Below, one piece after another: positions 18,154 through 26,406 of a stretch of 46,680 nucleotides of DNA (positions are counted from its first letter, which is position 1; each line of letters opens with the position of its first letter). The stretch lies in assembly GCA_016195485.1 (NCBI GenBank), contig JACPZM010000063.1, positions 1-46,680 on the forward strand, given 5' to 3'. The stretch comes from Candidatus Troglogloeales bacterium. GTDB taxonomy: Bacteria > Nitrospirota > Nitrospiria > SBBL01 > SBBA01. Below the pieces are notes generated by a model, which worked only from the letters and a program-made list of their open reading frames with translations, searched no databases and was not told the DNA's origin. The position numbers and the translations under genes were made by a program.

Positions 18154-18210
18154 TTCATCCCATTTTATCCCGTAAGGTGTCAATGTAGGCTTAAGGGGTC
18201 TACTTGTCAA
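18137..18210 (-). promoter_or_regulatory. Candidate Pmra sigma-70 promoter plus phased MraZ-box-like repeats
   Basis: Minus strand reads TTGACA (18210..18205), 17 nt, TACATT (18187..18182). An AT-rich UP-like tract lies upstream. Four (T)GGGA/GGGC pentamers with exact 10-bp phasing follow at 18171..18167, 18161..18157, 18151..18147 and 18141..18137. Confidence 0.5.
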
Positions 18211-18375
18211 GAGAAAAATAAAAGAAATTCAAGAAATTTTAAAAAAGTTTTTGTTACGGCAGGAAGACACCAAAAACTGGACACGAACAGGCCCTTATGA
18301 TGTCTTTCAGAGGGTCTAATCTGGCTTCCACTATTCGCCTCTAAAATCAGATATTTTTTGGAATAAAAAGACGTC

Positions 18376-19371
18376 CTATCTACGGCAATAAAATGGAAGA
18401 TTTGTGATCGTGGCTATGTCCCCTCCAACGTCAACCTGAGTGCCAGCAGTTGCAGCGACGGTTCTGATGTAGGCCGTTGCAATCCCCTTCTTTAAAAATA
18501 GGGAGAAGGCGCCTGCGGTAATCCAGCCGACTTGTGTATCCCCGCGCAAAACTTTCTCTCCTGCAGATGGAAAATCGTTTCCGTTAAAGAGCAGGCCCAT
18601 TCGGCGTTTATTCACATGCCCGTACGTTTTGATTCGCGCAATCACTTCCTGGCCGGGATAGCACCCCTTCGTGTAACTGATGGCGCGATCTTCAAGCCTC
18701 GCCTCAATAGGGAGAATCTCCTCCGTCAGATCGACCCCATAGCGCGGAATGCCAGCCTCCATTCGGAGCAACTCCAGCGCGGATGGCCCAATCGTTTCCA
18801 CGCCAAACGGTTTCCCAAGGGACAAGAGTTCTGCCCAAATTGCTTCGTGCCCATCTTTCTTGCAATAAAGATGGTATTCTTCCTCTCCTGTTTGCGACTG
18901 ACGAACGCAAACAACCGGGTCTATCTGTTGAGAAACAATTGAACACTCTTCCATCTCCGGGAGCGCATCCTTGAAGAGCCTCTGCAGAAGCGGCCTTGCC
19001 TGCGGTCCTGCGACCAAAATCTTTCTCCATTGCGGATTGACGATGTTTATTTTTGATCGAAACCGAAACCGCATCAAGTGCTGGAATGTCTTTTCTGCAA
19101 TAATCGATTCCATGGTGAGGAGATAGGCATCGGTAAACGGATAGAGATAAAAATCGGCGATGATCCTTCCTTTTGCCGTCAGCAGTGTAGTGTAAATTCC
19201 TCTGTTCCCCTGCGCAAGATAGAGATCGTTACTGATTAAGTTTTGAAGAAAACTGGTTTTATCTTCTCCAGAGAGCAGGTATTGTCCGTCACCGGAAAGA
19301 TCGCTAATCCCCACCCTTTCACGAATCGCAAGATACTCTGAAAGTAGCGCGGCCATTGTGGATTCTGTCAA
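18376..19371 (-). CDS. ygfZ: YgfZ/GcvT-like folate-binding protein
   Basis: Aminomethyltransferase-like fold with the YgfZ signature KGCYPGQE. Start is TTG 19371 or ATG 19356. Confidence 0.85.
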   Translation of the reverse strand: MTESTMAALLSEYLAIRERVGISDLSGDGQYLLSGEDKTSFLQNLISNDLYLAQGNRGIYTTLLTAKGRIIADFYLYPFTDAYLLTMESIIAEKTFQHLMRFRFRSKINIVNPQWRKILVAGPQARPLLQRLFKDALPEMEECSIVSQQIDPVVCVRQSQTGEEEYHLYCKKDGHEAIWAELLSLGKPFGVETIGPSALELLRMEAGIPRYGVDLTEEILPIEARLEDRAISYTKGCYPGQEVIARIKTYGHVNKRRMGLLFNGNDFPSAGEKVLRGDTQVGWITAGAFSLFLKKGIATAYIRTVAATAGTQVDVGGDIATITNLPFYCRR

Positions 19372-19378
19372 CAGGCTC

Positions 19379-20074
19379 TTACGCCGTTTTCGCCCCTTTC
19401 TTCAGAACCATTTTAAATGCGGTCGTCCGAAGCGCCGCTGGAATGCCTTTGTTTTTTGAAAGCCGTTCCAAATCCTTTACCCTGAGAGTCTTCAAAAAAC
19501 CCAAAGAGACAGAAAGCGGCGTTTTAGGATTATTCACCAGCGCCTCTGTAACGGAGTGCCTTCGGACCCATGCGGGATTGCGGGCCATTGCTCGTAAAAT
19601 CTCTTCTGACGTGTTTTTAGATTGCGCCAGATTGTCCACCTCTTCATCCGTTAACCTTGGGCTTTCCAAGACAGCCATAAACACCTGCCGGTTTGGATCT
19701 CTCAAAAGAAGCGTTCGCGCCTCTTTATTTCCCTTTAACGCCAGTTGAATCTTTTCTGGAACCCTCAAACCCCCAATGGCCGTAACCCGTTTCTGCTCCA
19801 TCTCTTGCAATGCGGGTTCGAGTAATACATGGGTCTGTTCTGGAAACCCCAAAAAGGCAAGCGAGGAGGGAGACACAAAAAGACGAATAAAATTTAATGT
19901 TGTTTTCTCTACATGAGGGTGTTGCACGATTTTTTGGAGAAGTTTTTCTGTCGTTAGAAAATATTTGGCCATTAAATCAAGAACGGTTCCGTCTGTTGCA
20001 GGGTTTTCTGCCAGGAAATATAACGTCGTTTCTTGAAGCTGTTCTACATCTAAACGCGGGAGGAGTGTTATCAA
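19379..20074 (-). CDS. Hypothetical alpha-helical repeat protein (LRV/HEAT-like repeats, no signal peptide)
   Basis: 231-aa ORF. GGAGGGA SD 5 nt before TTG 20074, which overlaps the upstream stop (TTGA). Recurring short helical segments ending NP.(T/K)P, for example NPKTPLSV. I recognise no catalytic motif. Confidence 0.6.
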   Translation of the reverse strand: MITLLPRLDVEQLQETTLYFLAENPATDGTVLDLMAKYFLTTEKLLQKIVQHPHVEKTTLNFIRLFVSPSSLAFLGFPEQTHVLLEPALQEMEQKRVTAIGGLRVPEKIQLALKGNKEARTLLLRDPNRQVFMAVLESPRLTDEEVDNLAQSKNTSEEILRAMARNPAWVRRHSVTEALVNNPKTPLSVSLGFLKTLRVKDLERLSKNKGIPAALRTTAFKMVLKKGAKTA

Positions 20075-20508
20075 TACGATCCCTCCTGCAGACGTTGTGG
20101 AGGTGAAAGCTCTTTTCTTTTCAAAAGACCCAGTGCGGCCTTGAAGGGATCTCCCAGAGAAAGGCGAGATAAAATTTCTACCCCCTCCGGTTTATTCTCG
20201 ATGGCAACGACTTCGGCCTCTCGAACATACGCGGAAACCTTCTGCATCAACTTCTCTTTTATGACCTTCTCTCGAAAGGGCTCTCCCGAATCGGTCGTCA
20301 GCAGCAGCATTTTTTCTTCTAACTGACGCGCGGCGCCGATCTTTGCCGCCTGTATTCCACGAATCCGATCCTCTGGAGTCCATTTCGGAATAGCGCCAAA
20401 TCCGGTCGCGTAAAGCGTAACATCTGCCCAGTCGGGGCGCGAAATTGTCTCGGGCGCAGACTGACAAGAAAGTAAAATGCCCCACAAGAGCAAGATTACA
20501 GCCCACAA
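20071..20508 (-). CDS. Small putative lipoprotein, possibly LPP20/FlgP-like
   Basis: 145-aa ORF. N-terminus MWAVILLLWGILLSC carries a lipobox-like LLSC. The mature part has the A.G.G...A..A...L pattern seen in LPP20-family lipoproteins. The start is TTG with a very short SD spacing, so it is uncertain. Confidence 0.5.
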   Translation of the reverse strand: MWAVILLLWGILLSCQSAPETISRPDWADVTLYATGFGAIPKWTPEDRIRGIQAAKIGAARQLEEKMLLLTTDSGEPFREKVIKEKLMQKVSAYVREAEVVAIENKPEGVEILSRLSLGDPFKAALGLLKRKELSPPQRLQEGSY

Positions 20509-20561
20509 TCACCTCCCCTGCAAGGGAGGGGATTGGGAAGAAGGGGTGGGAATGAAAGGCT

Positions 20562-21161
20562 TTATGTAATTTCTTCTTTCCATCGCGTATAAGTTTGATT
20601 TGAAATGCCAAGCCGGTCCAGCACACGGCCCACGATGAAGCCAACCATATCCTCAATCGTTTTTGGATGATTGTAAAAGGCCGGCATCGCTGGAATAATC
20701 CAAACCCCCATTTTAGAGAGGGTCAGCATATTCGCAAGATGAATCGAGGAAAGCGGCGTCTCCCTCGGAACAAGAATCAGGGGACGTCTCTCTTTTAAGG
20801 TAACGTCCGCTGCTCGTTCAATTAAATTGGAAGATAGGCCATGCGCAATTGCAGCAATGACCTTCATTGAACATGGGGCCACAACCATTGCATCGATTGG
20901 ATGAGAGCCGCTGGCAATCGGCGCGGTCATGTCGGTCTCATTGCAATATACGAGATCCGTATCAGGATACCGTTTTTTTAAAAGTTCAGCGGTCTCACTA
21001 TAACAGCTTCCCCACGAAACCCCCAATTCTTCGTGCACAATAAGGCGTGCCTCCGGAGAGAGAATAAGATTGACCTTGTGTTTCTCTTTCAGGAGATATT
21101 CAAGAAGCGATACTCCATAGACCGCTCCACTGGCTCCCGTAATCGCAACCGTAATTTTCAT
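20562..21161 (-). CDS. ubiX: Flavin prenyltransferase UbiX
   Basis: MKITVAITGASGAVYG N-terminus and flavoprotein fold, about 200 aa. Confidence 0.93.
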   Translation of the reverse strand: MKITVAITGASGAVYGVSLLEYLLKEKHKVNLILSPEARLIVHEELGVSWGSCYSETAELLKKRYPDTDLVYCNETDMTAPIASGSHPIDAMVVAPCSMKVIAAIAHGLSSNLIERAADVTLKERRPLILVPRETPLSSIHLANMLTLSKMGVWIIPAMPAFYNHPKTIEDMVGFIVGRVLDRLGISNQTYTRWKEEIT

Positions 21162-21163
21162 AA

Positions 21164-22039
21164 TTATCCGGAAGGGGGACGATAGATGTCCCGATGAAGA
21201 CAGGAAAGTTCTCGACCATTCTGTTGCAACACCTCTTTTAACAGATTAACAATCGCTACGGAACGGTGCCTGCCTCCCGTGCAACCAATTCCAAGCGTAA
21301 GGTAACTCTTGCCTTCGTGCTCATATAGAGGGACCATGAAGTCCAGAAGGTTCGTTAATTTCTCCATGAACTGTTCTGATTCTTTCAGGGCATAGATGAA
21401 CTCCTGTACCGGCTTATCGTCCCCCGTCTGAAAGCGAAGCTCTCTTTGAAAATAAGGGTTTTTGAGGAACCGCACATCAAAAAGCATATCTAAACCGTAA
21501 GGAACGCCGAATTTGAAACCAAAGGAAATCAAAGAAATATGAAGAGGGCTGCCCTCTTCCGCTTTGATATACGCGCGTATAATTATTCTTTTCAACTCCA
21601 AAGGGGATAATTCCGACGTATCAATAATCTGATGGGCGATATCTCGCAGCGCGGATAGTTTTTTTCGCTCCTCCATGATTCCCGCCGCAATCGCGTGCCC
21701 CCTTCCAAGGGGGTGCGGCCGTCGAGACTCTGAAAAACGCCTGATTAAAATTTCGTCCTGCGCCTCAATAAAAAGCAGTTCGATGGGATGCCCTTCTTTG
21801 CAAAGGGATTCATAAATCCCCAGGAAAGCATCGAGAAAATCCCGATTCCGAATATCAATACCCAGCGCCACACGGCTCACCTCGCTCCCCGGAGCACCAC
21901 ATAGCTCTACAAACTTCGGGAGAAGCGGCGGGGGAAGATTGTCAACACAGAAAAAGCCAATATCTTCAAAACATTTAATGGCCGCGCTTTTTCCAGCACC
22001 CGAAAGGCCGCTAATAATCACCAGATTGACTTTCTTCAT
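21164..22039 (-). CDS. rapZ: RNase adapter / nucleotide-binding protein RapZ (YhbJ)
   Basis: Walker A GLSGAGKSAA and C-terminal GCTGGRHRSV motif. Lies downstream of rpoN-hpf as in many diderms. Confidence 0.93.
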   Translation of the reverse strand: MKKVNLVIISGLSGAGKSAAIKCFEDIGFFCVDNLPPPLLPKFVELCGAPGSEVSRVALGIDIRNRDFLDAFLGIYESLCKEGHPIELLFIEAQDEILIRRFSESRRPHPLGRGHAIAAGIMEERKKLSALRDIAHQIIDTSELSPLELKRIIIRAYIKAEEGSPLHISLISFGFKFGVPYGLDMLFDVRFLKNPYFQRELRFQTGDDKPVQEFIYALKESEQFMEKLTNLLDFMVPLYEHEGKSYLTLGIGCTGGRHRSVAIVNLLKEVLQQNGRELSCLHRDIYRPPSG

Positions 22040-22054
22040 AGAAGTCTAAACACG

Positions 22055-22090
22055 CTACCCCCCCCTTTTTTTTGATTAAAGAGGGGGTAG
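22055..22090. repeat. Family 1 long hairpin (hpf-rapZ spacer)
   Basis: CTACCCCC...TTTGATTAAAGAG-GGGGTAG. The outer 8 bp are perfect. Sequence-similar to 22707..22740. Confidence 0.65.
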
Positions 22091-22122
22091 GGGAGTTTGC
22101 ACACCTTATTTCATTACAGGCC

Positions 22123-22683
22123 CTAATCAATCAGTTCCATCAGTCCGAGGATGCCGCTTTTCTTTTTATAAAGAAGATTCAATTGACGATTGGCGCTGTT
22201 TCGAAAGCAAAAAAACTCTTTTTTATTAGATTTCATTTGTAACAGCGCTTCCTCAATGGTCATAACATTGACCGATATTTTTTCCCGTTTCGGGATTCGA
22301 AAAACATCTTTGCCCAAGGCAATAAATGGCGGGTCTTCAGGCCCTTTGGGCATCGACACCGATCTTCCCATCGCTTCTGGCCCAGCAATTCGAACACGGT
22401 GATTTGAAGCCTTTTCTTTATATTTTCTGAGCTGCTTTTCGATCTTACTCATGACCTTGTCTACAGAGGCCTCCATCTCATCTGTCTCTTCCTCGGCCTG
22501 CAGGACCACCCCGTTTAGATTGACATGGGCCTCGGCAATCTGCCTATATTTTTCAACCTTGAGCGTTACAGTGGCCTGCAAAGGTTTTGATACATATTTC
22601 TCTATTTTCCTAGAGCGCTCTTCAATATATTTTTTGAGACCCTGCGTAATGCTCATCTGTCTACCAGTAATTACTAACTCCAT
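22123..22683 (-). CDS. hpf: Ribosome hibernation promoting factor, long form (sigma-54 modulation protein family)
   Basis: ITGRQMSITQGLKKYIEE N-terminal domain plus a C-terminal dimerisation domain (VMTIEEALLQM). AGGAGGA SD. Confidence 0.93.
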   Translation of the reverse strand: MELVITGRQMSITQGLKKYIEERSRKIEKYVSKPLQATVTLKVEKYRQIAEAHVNLNGVVLQAEEETDEMEASVDKVMSKIEKQLRKYKEKASNHRVRIAGPEAMGRSVSMPKGPEDPPFIALGKDVFRIPKREKISVNVMTIEEALLQMKSNKKEFFCFRNSANRQLNLLYKKKSGILGLMELID

Positions 22684-22706
22684 AATCCTCCTTGTATGTT
22701 AACTCC

Positions 22707-22740
22707 CCCTACCCCCTCTTTGATTCAAGAGGAGGTAGGG
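22707..22740. repeat. Family 1 long hairpin (rpoN-hpf spacer)
   Basis: CCCTACCCCCTCTT-tgattc-AAGAGGAGGTAGGG, a 14-bp stem with one mismatch. Confidence 0.7.
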
Positions 22741-22745
22741 AGGGG

Positions 22746-24221
22746 TTATCCAGGCCGTCTCCGTTTTGTTGCAGGGGCGATTTTGAGTTCCGCGCGATAT
22801 TTACTGACGGTTCTTCTGGCCATCTCCACCCCTTCTTTTTTAAGCTGATTTACGATCTCCTGATCCGTCAGGGGATCGACTGCGTCTTCCTCCGACACGA
22901 TTCTCCCGATCTGTTCACGGACGGCCAACGACGATCGCTGATCTGTATTCCCGCCTACAGAAGCGAGGGAGCCGTTAAAAAAATATTTCAGTTCAAAAAT
23001 CCCCTGCGGTGTGTGGATATACTTATGCGTGGTCACGCGGCTCACCGTCGATTCATGCATGGAAATATCCTCGGCGACCTGTTTCAGGACCAACGGCTTT
23101 AATTGGCCAACCCCTTTTTCCATGAACGCATATTGGAATTTTAAAATAGAATTCGCTACCTTGAGAATGGTCTGATTGCGTTGATCAATGCTGCGGATCA
23201 GCCACATTGCCGATTGGAATTTTTCTTTCAAATAGGCTCGTGTCGTTTCCTCTCCTGGCTGTTTTGACCTTAAAAGAGACCGATAATACGAACTGATTTT
23301 CATTTTAGGAAGGCCATCGTCATTCAAAATAACTGCATATCCTCCGGTCCCGCCATCTCCCCCGCGCTCCTCATCGTTTTCCAATTTCACGACAAAGACA
23401 TCGGGGATAATGTTAAAGTTGTCGCTTGCATAAAAAGGCCGGCCGGGTTTTGGCTCCAAGTGTTCAATAATTTTAGAGGCCTGTAAAACCTCCTCCAGCA
23501 GAACACCGCATTCTTTGGCAATTTGCGCATACCGTCTTTTTTCAATATCTGCCAAATGATTCTTGATGATGGTTTCGACCAAAGACCCTGAAAGGCTTAA
23601 CAGCTCAATCTGTATGAGCAGGCATTCCGAAAGATTTCGCGCCCCCACACCCGGAGGATCAAATCGCTGAACCACCTTCAGAATATTTTCAACACGGGAA
23701 ACCGGGGTGCCCACACTCCCGGCGATTTCCTCCAAAGAGGTTTCTAAATAGCCATGGTCCTCAATATTTCCGATTAAAGCGGCGCCAATCTCTTGCTCCT
23801 TTTCAGACAGGGAGATTAAACCCAACTGCCAAAGGAGATGATCGCTCAACGAAATAGGTGTAGCCAGCGTCTGATCATAAGATGGCCTCTCTGGGGGCGT
23901 TTCGGAGGTGATATCACTTTCAATCCTTTCCCGATCATCGTCCTCGTAAGAATCTTCCCACTTCAGATCGATTTCGTCAGATTTTTCAGGATCATTCTCT
24001 TTCGGATTGTCCCCCGTCGCATCGAGCGACTCATCTTCGGGGGTATCGGATGAGAGCTCTTCCAAAATAGGGTTCTCCGTCATTTCAAGATCGACTATCT
24101 GATTGAGTTCCAGCCGGGAGAGCGCAAGAAGTTTAATAGCCTGTTGCAATTGAGGGGTCATCACCATCCGCTGCCCCAGCCGCAAATCGATTCGTGTGTT
24201 CATTCCGCTTTGCCAAGCCAT
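22746..24221 (-). CDS. rpoN: RNA polymerase sigma-54 factor RpoN
   Basis: MTPQLQQAIKLL region I, acidic region II, RpoN box ARRTVSKYR. ATG 24221 has a GGAGGTGA SD 5 nt upstream. The ORF 5' extension to 24392 overlaps lptB. Confidence 0.97.
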   Translation of the reverse strand: MAWQSGMNTRIDLRLGQRMVMTPQLQQAIKLLALSRLELNQIVDLEMTENPILEELSSDTPEDESLDATGDNPKENDPEKSDEIDLKWEDSYEDDDRERIESDITSETPPERPSYDQTLATPISLSDHLLWQLGLISLSEKEQEIGAALIGNIEDHGYLETSLEEIAGSVGTPVSRVENILKVVQRFDPPGVGARNLSECLLIQIELLSLSGSLVETIIKNHLADIEKRRYAQIAKECGVLLEEVLQASKIIEHLEPKPGRPFYASDNFNIIPDVFVVKLENDEERGGDGGTGGYAVILNDDGLPKMKISSYYRSLLRSKQPGEETTRAYLKEKFQSAMWLIRSIDQRNQTILKVANSILKFQYAFMEKGVGQLKPLVLKQVAEDISMHESTVSRVTTHKYIHTPQGIFELKYFFNGSLASVGGNTDQRSSLAVREQIGRIVSEEDAVDPLTDQEIVNQLKKEGVEMARRTVSKYRAELKIAPATKRRRPG

Positions 24222-24234
24222 ATTCACCTCCATT

Positions 24235-24262
24235 GTAGGGGCACGTTGCAACGTGCCCCTAC
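24235..24262. repeat. TAGGGGC-type palindrome (family 2) at the lptB stop
   Basis: GTAGGGGCACGTTGCAACGTGCCCCTAC, a perfect 28-nt palindrome that contains the lptB TAG. Confidence 0.8.
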
Positions 24263-25011
24263 TGTAAAAACCGATTCCCCAAATATCTCTCTCTGGCAAC
24301 AGGGTTTTTGGCAATTTCAGAGGGGGTTCCGGAAAGCAGGATCTCTCCCCCATGTATAATATAAGCCCGATCGCAAACAGAGAGGGTTTCATCTACGTTG
24401 TGGTCTGTAATAAAAATTCCAATCCCTTTTTCTTTCAGTTGAAAAAGGACCTTTTGAATTTCAATCACCACGATTGGGTCAATCCCCGAAAAAGGTTCGT
24501 CTAAAAGCAGAAACGAAGGATGATGCGTAAGCGCCCTCGTGATTTCCAGCCGACGCCTTTCCCCCCCCGATAGGGTCGAAGCAATTCTTTTAGACAGATG
24601 CAAAAGATTCAACTCGCCCAATAGCGCCTCAACCCGCACACGCATTGCTGCAGCAGAAAGACGATTCCCATTGACATGGGTTGTATTGGATCCGCTAAAT
24701 TGCATTTGCAGAATGGCCAATATATTTTCTTCAACCGTCATTTTTCTAAAAATAGAAGGCTCTTGAGGAAGATACCCGAGTCCCAGTCGGGCGCGGCGAT
24801 AGAGGGGCATTGTTGTAATCTTTTCGTTGTTCAATAATACCTCTCCCGCGGATGGAAAGGTTAAGCCTGCAATCATCTGAAAGAGGGTCGTCTTGCCGGC
24901 GCCGTTTGGTCCCAAAAAACCAACGACCTCCCCGGGGCGCACCTGCAAGCTCACGCCACGTACCACCTCTCTTTTTTTATAGTACTTTTTGAGACCAATC
25001 GCTTCTAACAT
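24259..25011 (-). CDS. lptB: LPS export ABC transporter ATPase LptB
   Basis: GPNGAGKTT Walker A, LSGGERRRLEI signature, LLLDEPF Walker B. Lies next to lptA/lptC/rpoN. Confidence 0.93.
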   Translation of the reverse strand: MLEAIGLKKYYKKREVVRGVSLQVRPGEVVGFLGPNGAGKTTLFQMIAGLTFPSAGEVLLNNEKITTMPLYRRARLGLGYLPQEPSIFRKMTVEENILAILQMQFSGSNTTHVNGNRLSAAAMRVRVEALLGELNLLHLSKRIASTLSGGERRRLEITRALTHHPSFLLLDEPFSGIDPIVVIEIQKVLFQLKEKGIGIFITDHNVDETLSVCDRAYIIHGGEILLSGTPSEIAKNPVARERYLGNRFLQ

Positions 25012-25060
25012 TGGCTCCTTTTTACCCCATCCACACCCTGATGATTTGATAAGGAAACCC

Positions 25061-25630
25061 TTAATATATCGTCAGGACGCTTCCCTCAACGAAGCTCCGT
25101 TTTTCTGTCAAAGAAAGCCGGATCATTCTCCCTTGAACGTGATACCCCTTTTCCCACATTTCCGGGTTGCCTGTTAAAACGATTTGACCTCCCTTGGTAT
25201 TATAACTTCCCTTCTGCGCCAAGACCCGCCGGTCCCCCTGCCGTACCTCCACCTCCCCCATCATTTCAATTTGAACGATCTCTTTTCCCTCCTCTGTGGA
25301 AAGAGCGGACAAAGCTTCGCTTTTGGCTGGATCCTTATCGGCAAGAAGCACCTCCACACGCCCTGCGGTAATCTTGATATCTCCCTTCTGAATCAACACG
25401 GCCCCTTCAAACAAAACTTTATCTTCCTGTCCTTTCAAAGTCATTTTTTCTGAAGATATCGCAAGAGGCTCCCCCTCGGAGAGGGCTCGTAGCAATTCTT
25501 TTGGTTTTTCTGCCCAGAGGTCGCATGGGGGCACGATTCCTGCGAGGAGAAAGAGGGCAACAACAAAAAGGGCAATATGCCCTGCGAAGAAAATACCAAC
25601 AGGCTTGCTAATAAACTTGCGCATGTACAT
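25061..25630 (-). CDS. lptA: LPS transport periplasmic protein LptA (OstA-like)
   Basis: Signal/TM N-terminus, beta-jellyroll-like repeats (KITAGRVEV, VLTGNPEMWEKG), and position between lptC and lptB. Confidence 0.7.
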   Translation of the reverse strand: MYMRKFISKPVGIFFAGHIALFVVALFLLAGIVPPCDLWAEKPKELLRALSEGEPLAISSEKMTLKGQEDKVLFEGAVLIQKGDIKITAGRVEVLLADKDPAKSEALSALSTEEGKEIVQIEMMGEVEVRQGDRRVLAQKGSYNTKGGQIVLTGNPEMWEKGYHVQGRMIRLSLTEKRSFVEGSVLTIY

Positions 25631-26171
25631 TTCCCAAAACCGTTAGCTCCGAACGATCCAAAAAGATCTTGAATCGATCACCCCGAATAAACATGCCAGA
25701 TCCGGTAATTGCCACTTCCCCGTCCGTTTGAACGACCTTTTCTTCGGAAGACCAGTGCAACCTGGCTGTTTTAATTATATACCCATTACCCCAGGTTATC
25801 GACAATGGCGTTCTCTCGTTCTGAATCGAAAAACTTTTTCCCTCCATATCCATTTTTCCGTTATCTCCAGAAATGGTCAGCGGTACCCCGTTTTGGGTTT
25901 TCATGATGACAACAATTTTTTTTAAGACCGCAGTCTGATCTTTTTCAAAGAGCTGCGCGTGTTGGGCCTGAAGCTCCCACTCTTTCACACCATGACGCGT
26001 TTCCACCAATGAAATGCCTGAAAGTGAAAGATCAGCCCATTCCTCTAAACGAGGTAAAACCTCCTGGGGTTTTTGCTTCAAGCCAAAAAAGAAGACCAAA
26101 ACGGAAACGAAGATTAGAACCCCGCCTAGTAGTACGAGCCCTGTACGATATACCCCACCGAAAAATCCCAT
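25608..26171 (-). CDS. lptC: LPS export system protein LptC
   Basis: Single N-terminal TM helix plus a beta-rich periplasmic domain. Synteny lptC-lptA-lptB-rpoN. Confidence 0.65.
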   Translation of the reverse strand: MGFFGGVYRTGLVLLGGVLIFVSVLVFFFGLKQKPQEVLPRLEEWADLSLSGISLVETRHGVKEWELQAQHAQLFEKDQTAVLKKIVVIMKTQNGVPLTISGDNGKMDMEGKSFSIQNERTPLSITWGNGYIIKTARLHWSSEEKVVQTDGEVAITGSGMFIRGDRFKIFLDRSELTVLGNVHAQVY

Positions 26172-26406
26172 TTTCCCACCGAAAAATTACCCAAATATCT
26201 GCGCAAGACCCATGACAACATCAGGGAGAAGCTGGATGGAAATGGGATTTTGCAGCATGGAGTTTCCTCAGCCTCTTTTTTGTGCGCCTTCATCTTATCA
26301 AAGGCGTTTCAGAAAAAGCAATTTAACAGAGATGGGAATGCTTCTCCACGGTTCGGAGTTGTCGTAACTCTTTTTTGTGCGACACCGTATTGACAGCCCA
26401 TCAGTC

